From an uncultured Thermoleophilia bacterium (lineage in GTDB: Bacteria; Actinomycetota; Thermoleophilia; UBA2241), in contig CAWCSR010000003.1 of the NCBI GenBank assembly GCA_963798285.1, forward strand, positions 784,905 through 848,904: DNA of 64,000 nucleotides. Direction: 5' to 3'. Made by a program: the position numbers and the translations under genes. Shown here piece after piece: positions 53,283 to 62,811 of this stretch (position 1 is its first letter; every line of letters begins with the position of its first letter). Under the pieces are notes generated by a model, which was not told the DNA's origin, made no database searches, and was given only the letters and a program-made list of their open reading frames with translations.

Positions 53283-53973
53283 TCAGCTCTCGCCGGCCGG
53301 CTTCTTCTTCGGCGCCGGCCCCTTCTTGGCGGCCGGCTTCTTCTTGGCCACAGGCTTCTTCGCCGGCGCCTTCTTGCTCGCCGGCTTGGCCGCCGCCTTC
53401 TTCGCACCGGCCGTCCGCCCGGCGCCGGCCGGCTTCGCCTGAGACTGCGGCGCCTCCTCGGGCGCGGCCTCGGCCTCGCCGGGTGCGGCAGCGGCGGCAT
53501 CTGCGACCTCCGCTTCGGCCTCGGCGGCAGCCGCGTCCGCCTCGCCTGACGCCGCCGCGGCCTGAGCCGCCTCCGGCTCTGGCGCCTGCGGCGGTTCCGG
53601 CGACGGCGCGTCTGCGGCCGTCTCCTCCGCCCCGGCCGCACGCTCCGCGTTGGCGAGCTGCACCGCGTGCGCGTAAGCGAGCTGCATCTGCGCCAGCGTG
53701 TCGTGCAGGTCGCTGGTGACCTGGGCGCCGGCCTCGCGGTCGAGCACCTCGAGGATCGCGCGGACGAGCTCGATGGACACGCGCACGTCGCCCAGATCGC
53801 GAACGGCGTGGGTCTCGTCCGAGAGCCCGAGCTTGGGATAGCTGATAGTTGACGGCCGCGATGACCATGTCGCGGCCGATGTCGACGGCGTGCACGCTCT
53901 TGAGCTGGTCCAGCATCGCGCGAGCGCGCTGCTCGTCGCTCACCACGCGCTCCTTGTCGGTCGGATCACTCAT
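53283..53973 (-). pseudogene. DUF1844-like protein with a histone-H1-like Lys/Ala/Pro tail (frameshift near 53830)
   Basis: ATG at 53973 follows GGGAGAAG. MSDPTDKERVVSDEQRARAMLDQLKSVHAVDIGRDMVIAAVNYQLSQ joins ...VSIELVRAILEVLDREAG...LAQMQLAYAHAV... and the tail AKKAAAKPASKKAPAKKPVAKKKPAAKKGPAPKKKPAGES. Confidence 0.5.
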
Positions 53974-54005
53974 CGCTCTTCTCCCTGGCTGTCCCGCGGT
54001 CTGTA

Positions 54006-55164
54006 CTACCGAGCTGCGATGGGCGTCGGCCACGGTGCCGGCGAACACCTCCCGCAGACTCTTACCCTCAAGGTGAGCTCGAACCTGCTGCTGGGCGCCG
54101 TTGCCGTCGCGCAGCATGCGCTCCACGTCGGCGAGGTGCGGGCTGAGGCCGATGCGCATCGGCGCTCGGCGCCGCAAGCTCGACGAGATGCCGGACCGCG
54201 TCCGCCGCCGGCAACTCCTCGCCCATCGCCCAGTCGACGAGTTTGCCGTCCAGCCCGTAGCGGATCGCCCGCCACAGGTTCTCCTCCACGTACCGCGTCT
54301 GCAGGATCGGCAGCGGCAGGCCCTCGTCGTAGACGCGCGCAAGGTGCGCGATGAGCCCGACGGTGAGCGACGAGATGGCCAGGCTCTCCCATCGCCTCCG
54401 CCTGCGCGTCGCAGATGCGCACCTCCACGGTGCCGAACCGGTGGTGCGGGCGCACCGCCCACCAGATCTGCGTGAACTCCTGGATGCAGTTGGTGTCGAT
54501 GAGTTCCTCGTAGAAGCGCGCGGTGTTCGGCCCACGTGCCGAACACATCCGGTATGCCGCAGCGCGGGAACATGCGCATGAACGTCTGGGTGCGCGCCGA
54601 GTGCAGCTGCGTCCACACGCCCTCGATGAAGGGCGAGTTGGCCGAGAGCGCGAGGAGGTGCGGCAGGTAGGTGCGCAGGGCGTCGCAGACGGCCACTGCC
54701 CTGTCGAGGCCGCGCACGCCCACGTGTACGTGCGCGGCCCACGTGTTGTTGCGCCACGCCACGTACTTGAGCCGGTCCTCGACCAGCCGGTAGTGCGGCG
54801 TGTCGATGATCTGCTGGTCCTTCCAGCTCGAGAAAGGGTGGGTACCGGTGCTGCCGAGCGCGTAGCCCTGCTCGTCGGCGTGGGCGAAGAGCTCGGCGCG
54901 GTTGAGCAGGAGCTGCTTCGCCGCCTGCCCGAAGTGCAGCGTGCGCGGCGTGCTGACCTCTATCTCCGAGGTGAGCAGCTCGCCGGCGATGCGCTCGCGC
55001 AGGCGCGGCGACGCCGAGTCGCGCAGCGTCTCGAAGGCGCCCGTGAGCGCGAGCGTGTCCCGGTCGAGGATCTGGAACTCCTCTTCGAGGCCGAGGTCCA
55101 GGTCGTGCGCGTTCTCGAAGCGCGCTTCGACCTCCTCGAAGTATGCGTCGTGGTCGGCTCCCAT
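54006..55164 (-). pseudogene. Carboxylate-amine ligase, glutamate-cysteine ligase family 2 (YbdK-like; at least three frameshifts; 3' end ambiguous)
   Basis: ATG at 55164. Signatures: LGLEEEFQILD, LTSEIEVSTP, GTHPFS, AAHVHVGV, LLALSANSPF. Frames run 0>2>1>0. The last frame reads without a stop into the next gene, and an alternative frame stops at 54006. Confidence 0.8.
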
Positions 55165-55321
55165 CGAGGAGCACTCTACCGAAACCGCGCGACCTTGACA
55201 CACGCGCCGCGGCGCGAGGGCGCCGGCGGAGCACGAAGAAGGGCCGCCGGGCCGGCTCGTCACGAGCCGGCCCGGCGGCCACGGTCCTGCCCCGCGCGGA
55301 TGCGCGAGAGCGCCGCCGCGC

Positions 55322-55768
55322 CTACTGCGCAGGCGGCGGCGTGACCTCCGCCGGCAGCGGGTGGACCTTCAGGTCCTTGATGGTGAACACCGCGACCGGA
55401 CCGGTGCGGTCGATCGTCCCGCGCACCTTCACCCTGGCGCCCACCGGCACGTCGGCGAAGGCGATCGTCACCGCGCCGTGCCTGGTGAGCAGGCGGATCT
55501 TCGCGTTGGCGGCCACGGTCATCGTCGCATCCGTCTCTCGAAACGCGCGCACGGTCTTCGTCCCGGCCTTGACCTTGATGGTGACGGTCGAGACCGCGGC
55601 CGGATCGAGGGTCGTGTCGGCGACGGTCACGACCTTGACGACGCCGACCAGGTTGAACTTGGCTTTGCCGTGCTTCCATCCCCCGCCGCCGGGCGCGCCG
55701 GCGAGAGCCAGCGGCGCGAGCGTCAGCGCGAGGGCGACGGCGGCGACGATCAGGAGCAGTCTCTTCAC
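55322..55768 (-). CDS. Small secreted hypothetical protein
   Basis: GTG at 55768, 8 nt after GAGGAGG. The signal peptide is (M)KRLLLIVAAVALALTLAPLALAGAP, and the rest is beta-rich. Confidence 0.6.
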   Translation of the reverse strand: MKRLLLIVAAVALALTLAPLALAGAPGGGGWKHGKAKFNLVGVVKVVTVADTTLDPAAVSTVTIKVKAGTKTVRAFRETDATMTVAANAKIRLLTRHGAVTIAFADVPVGARVKVRGTIDRTGPVAVFTIKDLKVHPLPAEVTPPPAQ

Positions 55769-56033
55769 GTGCACGACCTCCTCGGGTCCTTGGTCGTCGG
55801 TGGGCCACTTGTGTGGTCCTGTGCACCCATAACGGACGGGAGCAGCGGAACCTTCCACGCCCGCACCAGCCGCCGTCGTCGGCGCAGGCTACGCGGGCCG
55901 GCCGCAACGGGGGGTGCGACGGACCCGGCCGCCGGACGCCGCCCCCGGCCGCGCCGCTCGCGGGGGGTTGCGCCCCTTTCCAATCCGTATAGCATTACGC
56001 GCGGCACAGGGCAGGATGGGGAAAGGAGCCCGT

Positions 56034-56648
56034 GTGAAACTCAGTCTCGTTCCCAAGGAACACGACTACTTCAGGCTGTTCTCAGAGCTGGCGGCAAACC
56101 TCGACTCCGCCGCTCAACTGCTGGTCAAGTTCATGAACGACGGTGACCGCAAGGGGATCGCGGCTGGGATCCTCGAGCACGAGCACGTCGGCGACAAGAT
56201 CGTGCACGACATCATCCGCAAGCTCAACAAGTCGTTCATCACACCCATCGACCGCGAGGACATCTACGACCTCGTGGCGACCACGGACGAGATCCTCGAC
56301 AACATCGAGGCGGCGGCCGACATGGTGATGCTGTACCGCGTGGGCGACATCACCGAGCAGGCGCGCCGCCAGGCCGACGTCATCGCCAAGGCCACGCCGC
56401 TCCTCAAGGAGTGCATGGACAACCTCGAGAAGCCCAAGGGCCTCGACGAGCGCATCATCGCCATCAACAGCCTCGAGAACGACGGCGACCGCATCCTGCG
56501 CGAGGCCATGGCGAGCCTGTTCGATGGTGAGTGGCAGTGCACCGACATCATCAAGTGGAAAGACATCTACGAGATCCTCGAAGCCGCCATCGACGAGTGC
56601 GAGCACGTGGCCAACGTCATCGAGAGCATCGTCCTCAAGCACAACTGA
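56034..56648 (+). CDS. DUF47/PhoU-like phosphate-transport regulator paired with Pit
   Basis: GTG at 56034 follows GAAAGGAG. Sequence: FRLFSELAANL..., HEHVGDKIVHDIIRKLNKSFITPIDREDIY..., ENDGDRILREAM. It is the usual partner immediately upstream of a PiT transporter. Confidence 0.8.
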   Translation: MKLSLVPKEHDYFRLFSELAANLDSAAQLLVKFMNDGDRKGIAAGILEHEHVGDKIVHDIIRKLNKSFITPIDREDIYDLVATTDEILDNIEAAADMVMLYRVGDITEQARRQADVIAKATPLLKECMDNLEKPKGLDERIIAINSLENDGDRILREAMASLFDGEWQCTDIIKWKDIYEILEAAIDECEHVANVIESIVLKHN

Positions 56649-56662
56649 CCTGAGCACAGGCC

Positions 56663-57655
56663 GTGGTCATCCTCATCACGATCGTCGTCCTGGCGCTCGT
56701 CTTCGATTACACCAACGGCTTCCACGACAGCGCCAACGCGATCGCTACCTCGGTCTCGACGCGCGCGCTCTCGCCTCGCACCGCGGTCCTCATGGCGGCG
56801 GGGTTCAACCTGGTCGGCGCCCTCGTCTCGACCAGTGTGGCGAGCACGGTCGGCAAGGGCATCGTGGACACCAACCTGGTGACGCTGCCGCTCGTGCTCG
56901 CCGCGCTCGTCGGAGCCGTGGTGTGGAACCTCATCACCTGGTACTTCGCCCTTCCGTCCAGCTCCTCCCAGGCGCTGTTCGGCGGCCTCATCGGCGCCAT
57001 GATCGCCGCTGTCGGTGTCTCGGGCGTCGAGTGGGGCGGCGTCGTCGACAAGATCGTCCTCCCCATGGTGCTCTCGCCGGTCATCGGCTTCGCCGCGGCG
57101 TACCTGCTGATGACGATCCTCATATGGGTCGTGCGCAAGCGACCGCTCGCGCCGGTCAACCGCACGTTCCGCCGCCTGCAGCCTTTCTCCGCCGCGTTCA
57201 TGGCGTACGCGCACGGCGGCAACGACGCCCAGAAGACCATGGGCGTCATCACGCTGGCTCTCGTGTCCAGCGGCCACCTCGCCACCTTCACCATCCCGCT
57301 CTGGGTCAAGCTGGCCTGCGCCCTCACCATGGCGCTCGGCACGTACTCCGGCGGCTGGCGCATCATGCACACGCTCGGAGCCAAGGTCATCAAGCTCGAT
57401 CCGATCCACGGGTTCGCGGCCGAGACCAGCGCCGCCACGGTGATCGAGATCGCCACCCACTTCGGCTTCCCCGTCTCGACCACGCACACGATCACGGCGG
57501 CCATCATGGGCGTGGGCGCCACTCGGCGGCTCAAGGCAGTGCGCTGGGGCGTCGCCGGCAACATCGCCACGGCCTGGGTGCTCACCCTGCCCGCCGCGGC
57601 ACTCGTCGCCGGCGGCGTGTACCTCGCCGGCGTCGCGATCAACTCCCTCTTCTGA
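56663..57655 (+). CDS. pit: Inorganic phosphate transporter, PiT family
   Basis: Intact 330-aa polytopic ORF with the duplicated PiT signature GFHDSANAIATSV ... GGNDAQKTMG. Confidence 0.92.
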   Translation: MVILITIVVLALVFDYTNGFHDSANAIATSVSTRALSPRTAVLMAAGFNLVGALVSTSVASTVGKGIVDTNLVTLPLVLAALVGAVVWNLITWYFALPSSSSQALFGGLIGAMIAAVGVSGVEWGGVVDKIVLPMVLSPVIGFAAAYLLMTILIWVVRKRPLAPVNRTFRRLQPFSAAFMAYAHGGNDAQKTMGVITLALVSSGHLATFTIPLWVKLACALTMALGTYSGGWRIMHTLGAKVIKLDPIHGFAAETSAATVIEIATHFGFPVSTTHTITAAIMGVGATRRLKAVRWGVAGNIATAWVLTLPAAALVAGGVYLAGVAINSLF

Positions 57656-57687
57656 GCCGGGGGCGCGACCCCGCGCCTGGCGGGCGA

Positions 57688-57716
57688 TTGACCGAACGTA
57701 ACTGTTACGTTACCGT
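57688..57716 (+). promoter_or_regulatory. Candidate padR promoter with an embedded 17-bp palindromic operator
   Basis: TTGACC (57688-57693), a 17-nt spacer gAACGTAACTGTTACGT, then TACCGT (57711-57716). The perfect palindrome AACGTAAC-T-GTTACGTT spans 57695-57711. It is AT-rich in GC-rich DNA, about 65 nt upstream of the padR TTG start. Confidence 0.6.
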
Positions 57717-57782
57717 CATGACAGGCCCGGCCACAGCGTGTGGCTGCGCCGCTCCCGCCCGCCCCGACCCAGGACGCCCTAG

Positions 57783-58247
57783 TTGGCCCGCGTGTTCAAC
57801 CGCGGAGAGCTCAAGCTGGCTCTCCTCTCCGTGATCGCCTCGCTCGGCGGAGGGCACGGCTATGCGATCATGCAGGAACTGCAGCGCCGGGTCGGCAGCC
57901 AGTGGCGTCCGAGCCCGGGGGCGATCTACCCGGCGCTGGTCGCCCTCGAGGAGGCCGGCCTCATCGCCTCGGAAGAACACGAGGGCCTGCGCGTCTACCG
58001 GCTCACGCCGGCAGGGACCGCGGGGCTGGACGGGCAGGACGTGGGACCGAGCTGGCGGGACATCTCCCGACGCGCCCACGCCCGGCGCCCGCGCGTGACC
58101 CTGGGCCGGCTCCTCGACCGTTTCGAACTGGGCCTCCCGCGCCGCGCGGACCTCAGCCCCGAGCAAGCCGAGAGCATCGACGCGGCGCTCACGCGCACGC
58201 GCAGCGACATCGCCGCGATCCTGGATGAAGGAGCAGCACATGGATGA
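57783..58247 (+). CDS. PadR-family transcriptional regulator
   Basis: Intact 154-aa ORF with a winged-helix core: LKLALLSVIASLGGGHGYAIMQELQRRVGSQWRPSPGAIYPALVALEEAGLIAS...YRLTPAG. Confidence 0.85.
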   Translation: MARVFNRGELKLALLSVIASLGGGHGYAIMQELQRRVGSQWRPSPGAIYPALVALEEAGLIASEEHEGLRVYRLTPAGTAGLDGQDVGPSWRDISRRAHARRPRVTLGRLLDRFELGLPRRADLSPEQAESIDAALTRTRSDIAAILDEGAAHG

Positions 58248-58545
58248 GTTCGGGAAGGCCGCTCTCCGCGAGCGTGAGGCCGTACGCATCGCGCGGCGCC
58301 AGTGGTTCTGGATGGACCTCCTCGTCTGGGCGGCCATCAGCGTCTTCCTGTTCGTCATCTGGTGGCTCGCCGGAGGCGGGTTCCCCTGGTTCGTGATCGC
58401 CGTCGGGGCGTGGGGCATCGTCGTCGTCGCCCACGCCGCCTTCGCCTTCGTGCTCCGCAGCCCGGAGGACATTCTGCTCGAGCGGGAGGAGCAGGAACGC
58501 CGGCAGAAGGACCGCGAGCGGTCCCGTGACGACCGGACCGGTTGA
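58240..58545 (+). CDS. 2TM-domain membrane protein, translationally coupled to padR
   Basis: ATG at 58240 follows GAAGGAG and overlaps the padR stop by 8 nt. Two TM helices (LLVWAAISVFLFVIWWLAGGGFPWFVIAVGAWGIVVVAHAAFAF) are followed by a charged tail. Confidence 0.75.
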   Translation: MDEFGKAALREREAVRIARRQWFWMDLLVWAAISVFLFVIWWLAGGGFPWFVIAVGAWGIVVVAHAAFAFVLRSPEDILLEREEQERRQKDRERSRDDRTG

Positions 58546-58570
58546 GTGAACGTAAGTGTTACGTTATGGT
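58542..58570 (+). promoter_or_regulatory. Second copy of the promoter/operator module, upstream of the B12-radical SAM gene
   Basis: TTGAGT (58542-58547), a 17-nt spacer gAACGTAAGTGTTACGT, then TATGGT (58565-58570). The palindrome at 58549-58565 has one mismatch. The geometry is the same as at 57688-57716. Confidence 0.55.
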
Positions 58571-58718
58571 CGTGTACGGCACGCCGGCACGCCGGCGTCT
58601 CATCGACCGTCCACTGGGAGCACCCGCGGCCATCATCGTCCGGTCACCAGCCCGACATGATCGCCGGTCCGCCCGCCGCTTCGCGGGCGCGGGCGCACTC
58701 CCTGTTGCAAGGAGCGCA

Positions 58719-60136
58719 ATGAAGATCCGCCTCATCGAGCCCGAACCGCCCGGGATGCACGTCTGGGCCAAGGTCCTGCTTCCCCGCCTGGGACTGCCCA
58801 TCATCGCGGCGACCCTCAAGGAGCACGGCCACGACGTGCTCGTGTACAACCCCACCATGGCGCCCATCGACTGGGACGACGTCAACACGTCGGACCTCGT
58901 CGGACTGTCGAGCACGACGTCGACCGCGACGACGGCCTACGAGTTCGCCGAACAGCTCCGCGCGAAGGGCATCCCCGTCGTCATCGGCGGCTCGCACGTC
59001 ACCTTCATGGCCGACGAGGCGCTCGAGCACGTGGACTACGTGGCCCGCGGCGAGGGCGGCGAGCAGCTCATGCTCGAGCTCATCGACGCGCTGGGCGGCG
59101 GACGCGAGCTCGACACCATCGCCGGCCTGTCGTTCAAGCGCGACGGCCTCGCGGTGCACAACCCGCCGCGCGAGGCCCTGGCCGACCTCGACGAGCTGCC
59201 GTTCCCCGACCTGCGCCTGCTCGTCGGCAGCGACAAGCTCACGACGATGCCGATCATGACCAGCTGGGGCTGCCCCTTCGACTGCACCTTCTGCTCGGTG
59301 ACGGCGATGTTCGGCAAGAAGTACCGCTTCCGCAGCGCCGAGAGCGTCATCGCCGAGCTCAAGGACAAGCGCCCGCAGCGCATCTTCTTCTACGACGACA
59401 ACATGGCGGCCAACCGCAAGCGGCTCAAGAGGCTGCTGCAGATGATGATCGACGAGGACCTCGTCATCCCGTGGTCCGCGCAGGTGCGCACCGACGTCGT
59501 CCGCGACACGGAGCTGCTCGACCTCATGCGCCGGTCCGGCTGCAACCTCGTCTACCTCGGCCTCGAGTCCGTGAACCAGGAGACGCTCGACAGGTTCGAG
59601 AAGTCGCAGACGGTGGCCGACATCGAGAAGGCGATCAAGGTGCTGCACGACTACGGCATCAAGAGCCACGGCATGTTCGTGCTCGGCGCCGACGACGACG
59701 ACGTGCAGACGGTGCGCGACACCGTCGCCTTCGCCATCAGGAACAAGATCGACACGGTGATGCTCAACATCCTCACGCCGCTCCCCGGGACGCTCGCAGT
59801 TCCAGGAGTTCGACGACGCGGACCGCATCTTCGACAAGCGCTGGGAGCTCTACGACGCGCACCACGTCGTCTTCGAGCCGGCGCGCATGACGCCCTACGA
59901 GCTGCAGATCGAAGTGCTCCGCGGCTACATGCGCTTCTACTCGCTGCGCACCTGGCTGGGCTACATCTTCACGCTGCAGTTCACCAAGCAGCTGCTCTTC
60001 CACTGGTGGGGCATGGCGATCATCCGCAACTGGCGGCGAGGACGAGCGCAACAAGGCGTTCATCAAGGCGCTCAAGCAGATGTGGCCGAGTCCGACGCCG
60101 CGCGGCACCGTGCGCCAGGGGGCACGCGACGATTGA
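58719..60136 (+). pseudogene. B12-binding-domain radical SAM protein (class B; two frameshifts near 59795 and 60035)
   Basis: ATG at 58719 follows AAGGAG. The N-terminal B12-binding fold is LVGLSSTTSTATTAYEFAEQLRAKGIPVVIGGSHVT. The canonical cluster motif is MTSWGCPFDCTFCSV. The C-terminus continues in ORF 59887..60327, then ...DERNKAFIKALKQMWPSPTPRGTVRQGARDD* (TGA at 60134-60136). Confidence 0.85.
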
Positions 60137-60149
60137 CCCACGTGGCCGC

Positions 60150-60189
60150 GCCGGCGAGCGGTGCGCTGCACGGCGCACCGCTCGCCGGC
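60150..60189 (+). terminator. Perfect 17-bp hairpin 14 nt after the radical SAM stop
   Basis: gccggcgagcggtgcgc (60150-60166), loop tgcacg, gcgcaccgctcgccggc (60173-60189). There is no U-tract. Confidence 0.55.
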
Positions 60190-60409
60190 GGCTCATTGAG
60201 GGCGGAAGCGGCGGCGGACGACACGCTCCCGCCGCCGGATGAGCGGGCCGGCCCGCTCCAAACAGTTCCGCAGGGCGGGCCGCGAAGGTTGTCAGGCCGC
60301 CGGTCGGATGTTAAGGTCTCGCCTTGAGTTTGGTGAGTGCAGAGCACGCGACGGGCTCACCTCAACGAGGGCGCTTCGCAAGGGCGGACGCCCAAAAGGA
60401 GGCGATGCA

Positions 60410-61472
60410 GTGAACGGCAATCGACGGATTCTCACTCTCTGTCGTCCTCCTCGGCACCCTCCTTCTCTCCCTCGTTTTCGCCACCTCCTCCTTCGCCTCC
60501 CCCGTCGCCAGCAAGAAAGCGCAGCTGCGCGCAGGTGCAGGCCAAGCTCCAGACCGTGTACCACCAGGTCGACGTGGCCGTGGAGAAGTACAACCAGGCC
60601 ACCACCCAGCTCGACACGGTCACGTCGCAGATCAAGGAGAACGAGCGGCTGCTCAAGGTGGCCGAGTACAACCTCCAGGTCGCCAACCAGCAGCTCTCCG
60701 CGCGCGCCGACGACATGTACCGGGCACGCGACGTCGGCGTCGTCGACGTCCTGTTCGCGGCCAACAGCTTCGACGATCTCGTGACCCAGCTCGACGTCAT
60801 GCAGCGGCTGGGCAACAGCGACGTCGACACCGTCAAGAGCATCGCCGCCTACCAGCAGGACATCAAGGACAGGCGCGTCAAGCTCGACGCCGACAAGAAG
60901 GCGGCCGCCAAGCTCGTCGACACGGCGGCGCAGAACAAGGCCAAGGTCGACGGCCTGCAGAACAAGCTCGAGCAGATGACGGCCGGCCTCAAGTCCCAGA
61001 TCGATCGTCTGCAGGCGCAGCAGGCCGCCGCGGCCAAGGCCGCTGCGGACGCGGCAGCCGCCGCGCAGAACAGCGGCGGCTCCGGCAGCAGCAGCAGCGG
61101 AGGCGGCACCGTCGTCGATCCCGGCGGCTCGGGCCACTCGAGCGTCGTCGGCATCGCCCAGCGCTACCTCGGCGTGCCGTACGTGTACGGCGGCGCCAGC
61201 CCGAGCGGCTTCGACTGCTCCGGCCTCACCATGTACTGCTACGCGCAGATCGGCATCGGCCTCTCGCACGGCGCCACCGACCAGCAGCACGCGAGCACTC
61301 CGGTGCCCATCAGCGCGCTGCAGCCGGGCGACCTCGTGTTCTTCGGCAGCGCCGCTACAGCTACCACGTCGGCATCTACGTCGGCGGCGGCAGCATGATC
61401 AACGCCCCGCACACCGGCGCCGTCGTGAGCTACGGCTCCATCAGCGGCGCCTGGATCGGTGGCCGTCCCTGA
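60410..61472 (+). pseudogene. Secreted NlpC/P60 peptidoglycan endopeptidase with an N-terminal coiled-coil (RipA/PcsB-like; about three frameshifts)
   Basis: GTG at 60410, 7 nt after AGGAGG. Signal peptide: ...VVLLGTLLLSLVFATSSFASP. Coiled coil: VQAKLQTVYHQVDVAVEKYNQATTQL... NlpC/P60 core: YLGVPYVYGGASPSGFDCSGLTMYCY...SHGATDQQ, then ...YHVGIYVGGGSMINAPHTGAVV...* (TGA at 61470-61472). Confidence 0.85.
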
Positions 61473-61480
61473 TCTTCCGC

Positions 61481-61531
61481 GAGCCTGAGGGCGCGTTCCC
61501 GCCGGTGCGTAGGGAACGCGCCCTCAGGCTC
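61481..61531 (+). terminator. Perfect 20-bp hairpin between the two NlpC/P60 paralogs
   Basis: gagcctgagggcgcgttccc (61481-61500), an 11-nt loop, then gggaacgcgccctcaggctc (61512-61531). Confidence 0.6.
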
Positions 61532-61602
61532 GAATACGTTCTCACCCCGAACCGCGGGAAGCGACCGCGCGTCACCAGACGCGACGCCGGAGGACAGCCC
61601 GA

Positions 61603-62639
61603 GTGAACCACCGCAGCAGCCTCATGAAAGTCGCCCTCCTCGCCGCTTTCGGCGTGGTCGCGGTCATGCTCGTCGCCGCCCCGGCGGCGCCCGCCGCCGG
61701 CTCGGTCAGCAAGGCCAAGGCGCGCCTCCAGGCCGTCCAGGCGCGCCTCAGCGACGTCTCCACACAGTCGGAGATCGCCGTCGAGAAGTACAACCAGGCC
61801 ACCAGCCAGCTGCAGACCGTCCAGGCGCAGATCGACGAGAACCAGAAACAGCTCGAGACCGCGCAGCGGAACCTCGCTCAAGCCAGCGACCAGCTCGTCC
61901 AGCGCGCCCAGGACATCTACAAGTCCCGCGACGTGGGCGTCGTCGACGTCATCTTCAAGGCCGACAACTTCGACGACCTGGTCATGGAGCTGGACATGAT
62001 GGAGCGGCTCGGCAACAGCGACGTCGACACCGTCCACGCCATCCGCGCCTACAAGCGCGACATCAAGGACCGGCGCATCAGGCTCGAGGCGGACCAGCAG
62101 ACCGCCGCCAGGCTCGTGGCCCAGCGCGAGCAGCAGAAGAACCGGCTGCTCGCCCTGCAGACGGACCTGCAGGGCCTCACCGGCAAGATCAAGAAGGAGA
62201 TCAAGAAGCTCAAGCACCAGGCGAAGCTGCGCGCGCAGCTGGCGCTCACCGGGTTCTCGGGCGTGATCCCCACCGTCGACCCCAACAGCCCGGGCCACCC
62301 GGAGATCGTCGCCATCGCCCAGCGCTACCTCGGCGTCCCCTACGTCTGGGGCGGCGCCAGCCCGAGCGGCTTCGACTGCTCCGGTCTCGTGATGTACTGC
62401 TACGCGCAGATCGGCATCGGCATGTCGCACGGCGCGACCGACCAGCAGCGGCGAGCATCCCGGTCCCGCTCAGCGACCTGCGCCCCGGCGACTGCGTGTT
62501 CTTCGGCAACGCGAGCTTCAGCCACCACGTGGCGATCTTCGTCGGCGGCACCACCATCATCGAGGCGCCGTACACAGGCGCGGTGGTCCGCTACGGCACG
62601 TGGACCGGACGCGACGCCTGGATCGGCGGCCGCTTCTAG
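61603..62639 (+). pseudogene. Second NlpC/P60 endopeptidase paralog with coiled-coil (one frameshift near 62450)
   Basis: GTG at 61603. Signal peptide: MKVALLAAFGVVAVMLVAAPAAPA. The coiled coil is colinear with the paralog. Core: YLGVPYVWGGASPSGFDCSGLVMYCY...SHGATDQQ, then ...HHVAIFVGGTTIIEAPYTGAVV...GGRF* (TAG at 62637-62639). Confidence 0.85.
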
Positions 62640-62811
62640 GCGCCGTCGAGACCGTGCGCAGGCGATGAAGGCCGGCGGCGGTGCCGCCGGGCGTCATCGC
62701 TTCCGGCCTATCGTCGCCTGCCATAGGAATACGGATGCCCGGGAGGTAAGCTTTTTCGTGGTTCTGCCGAACAAGGACACGGAGAGAGAACCCGACGACT
62801 GGGGCGGCGTG

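Noticed and set aside
60190-60409. A cyclic-di-AMP (ydaO-type) riboswitch, which is known upstream of cell-wall hydrolase genes in Actinobacteria.
   Set aside because: I could not find the conserved ydaO blocks (GGGGACCC-like, GGGGUGAAUCC, CCCGAAUCC) in this leader by eye. An Infernal scan would be needed to be certain.
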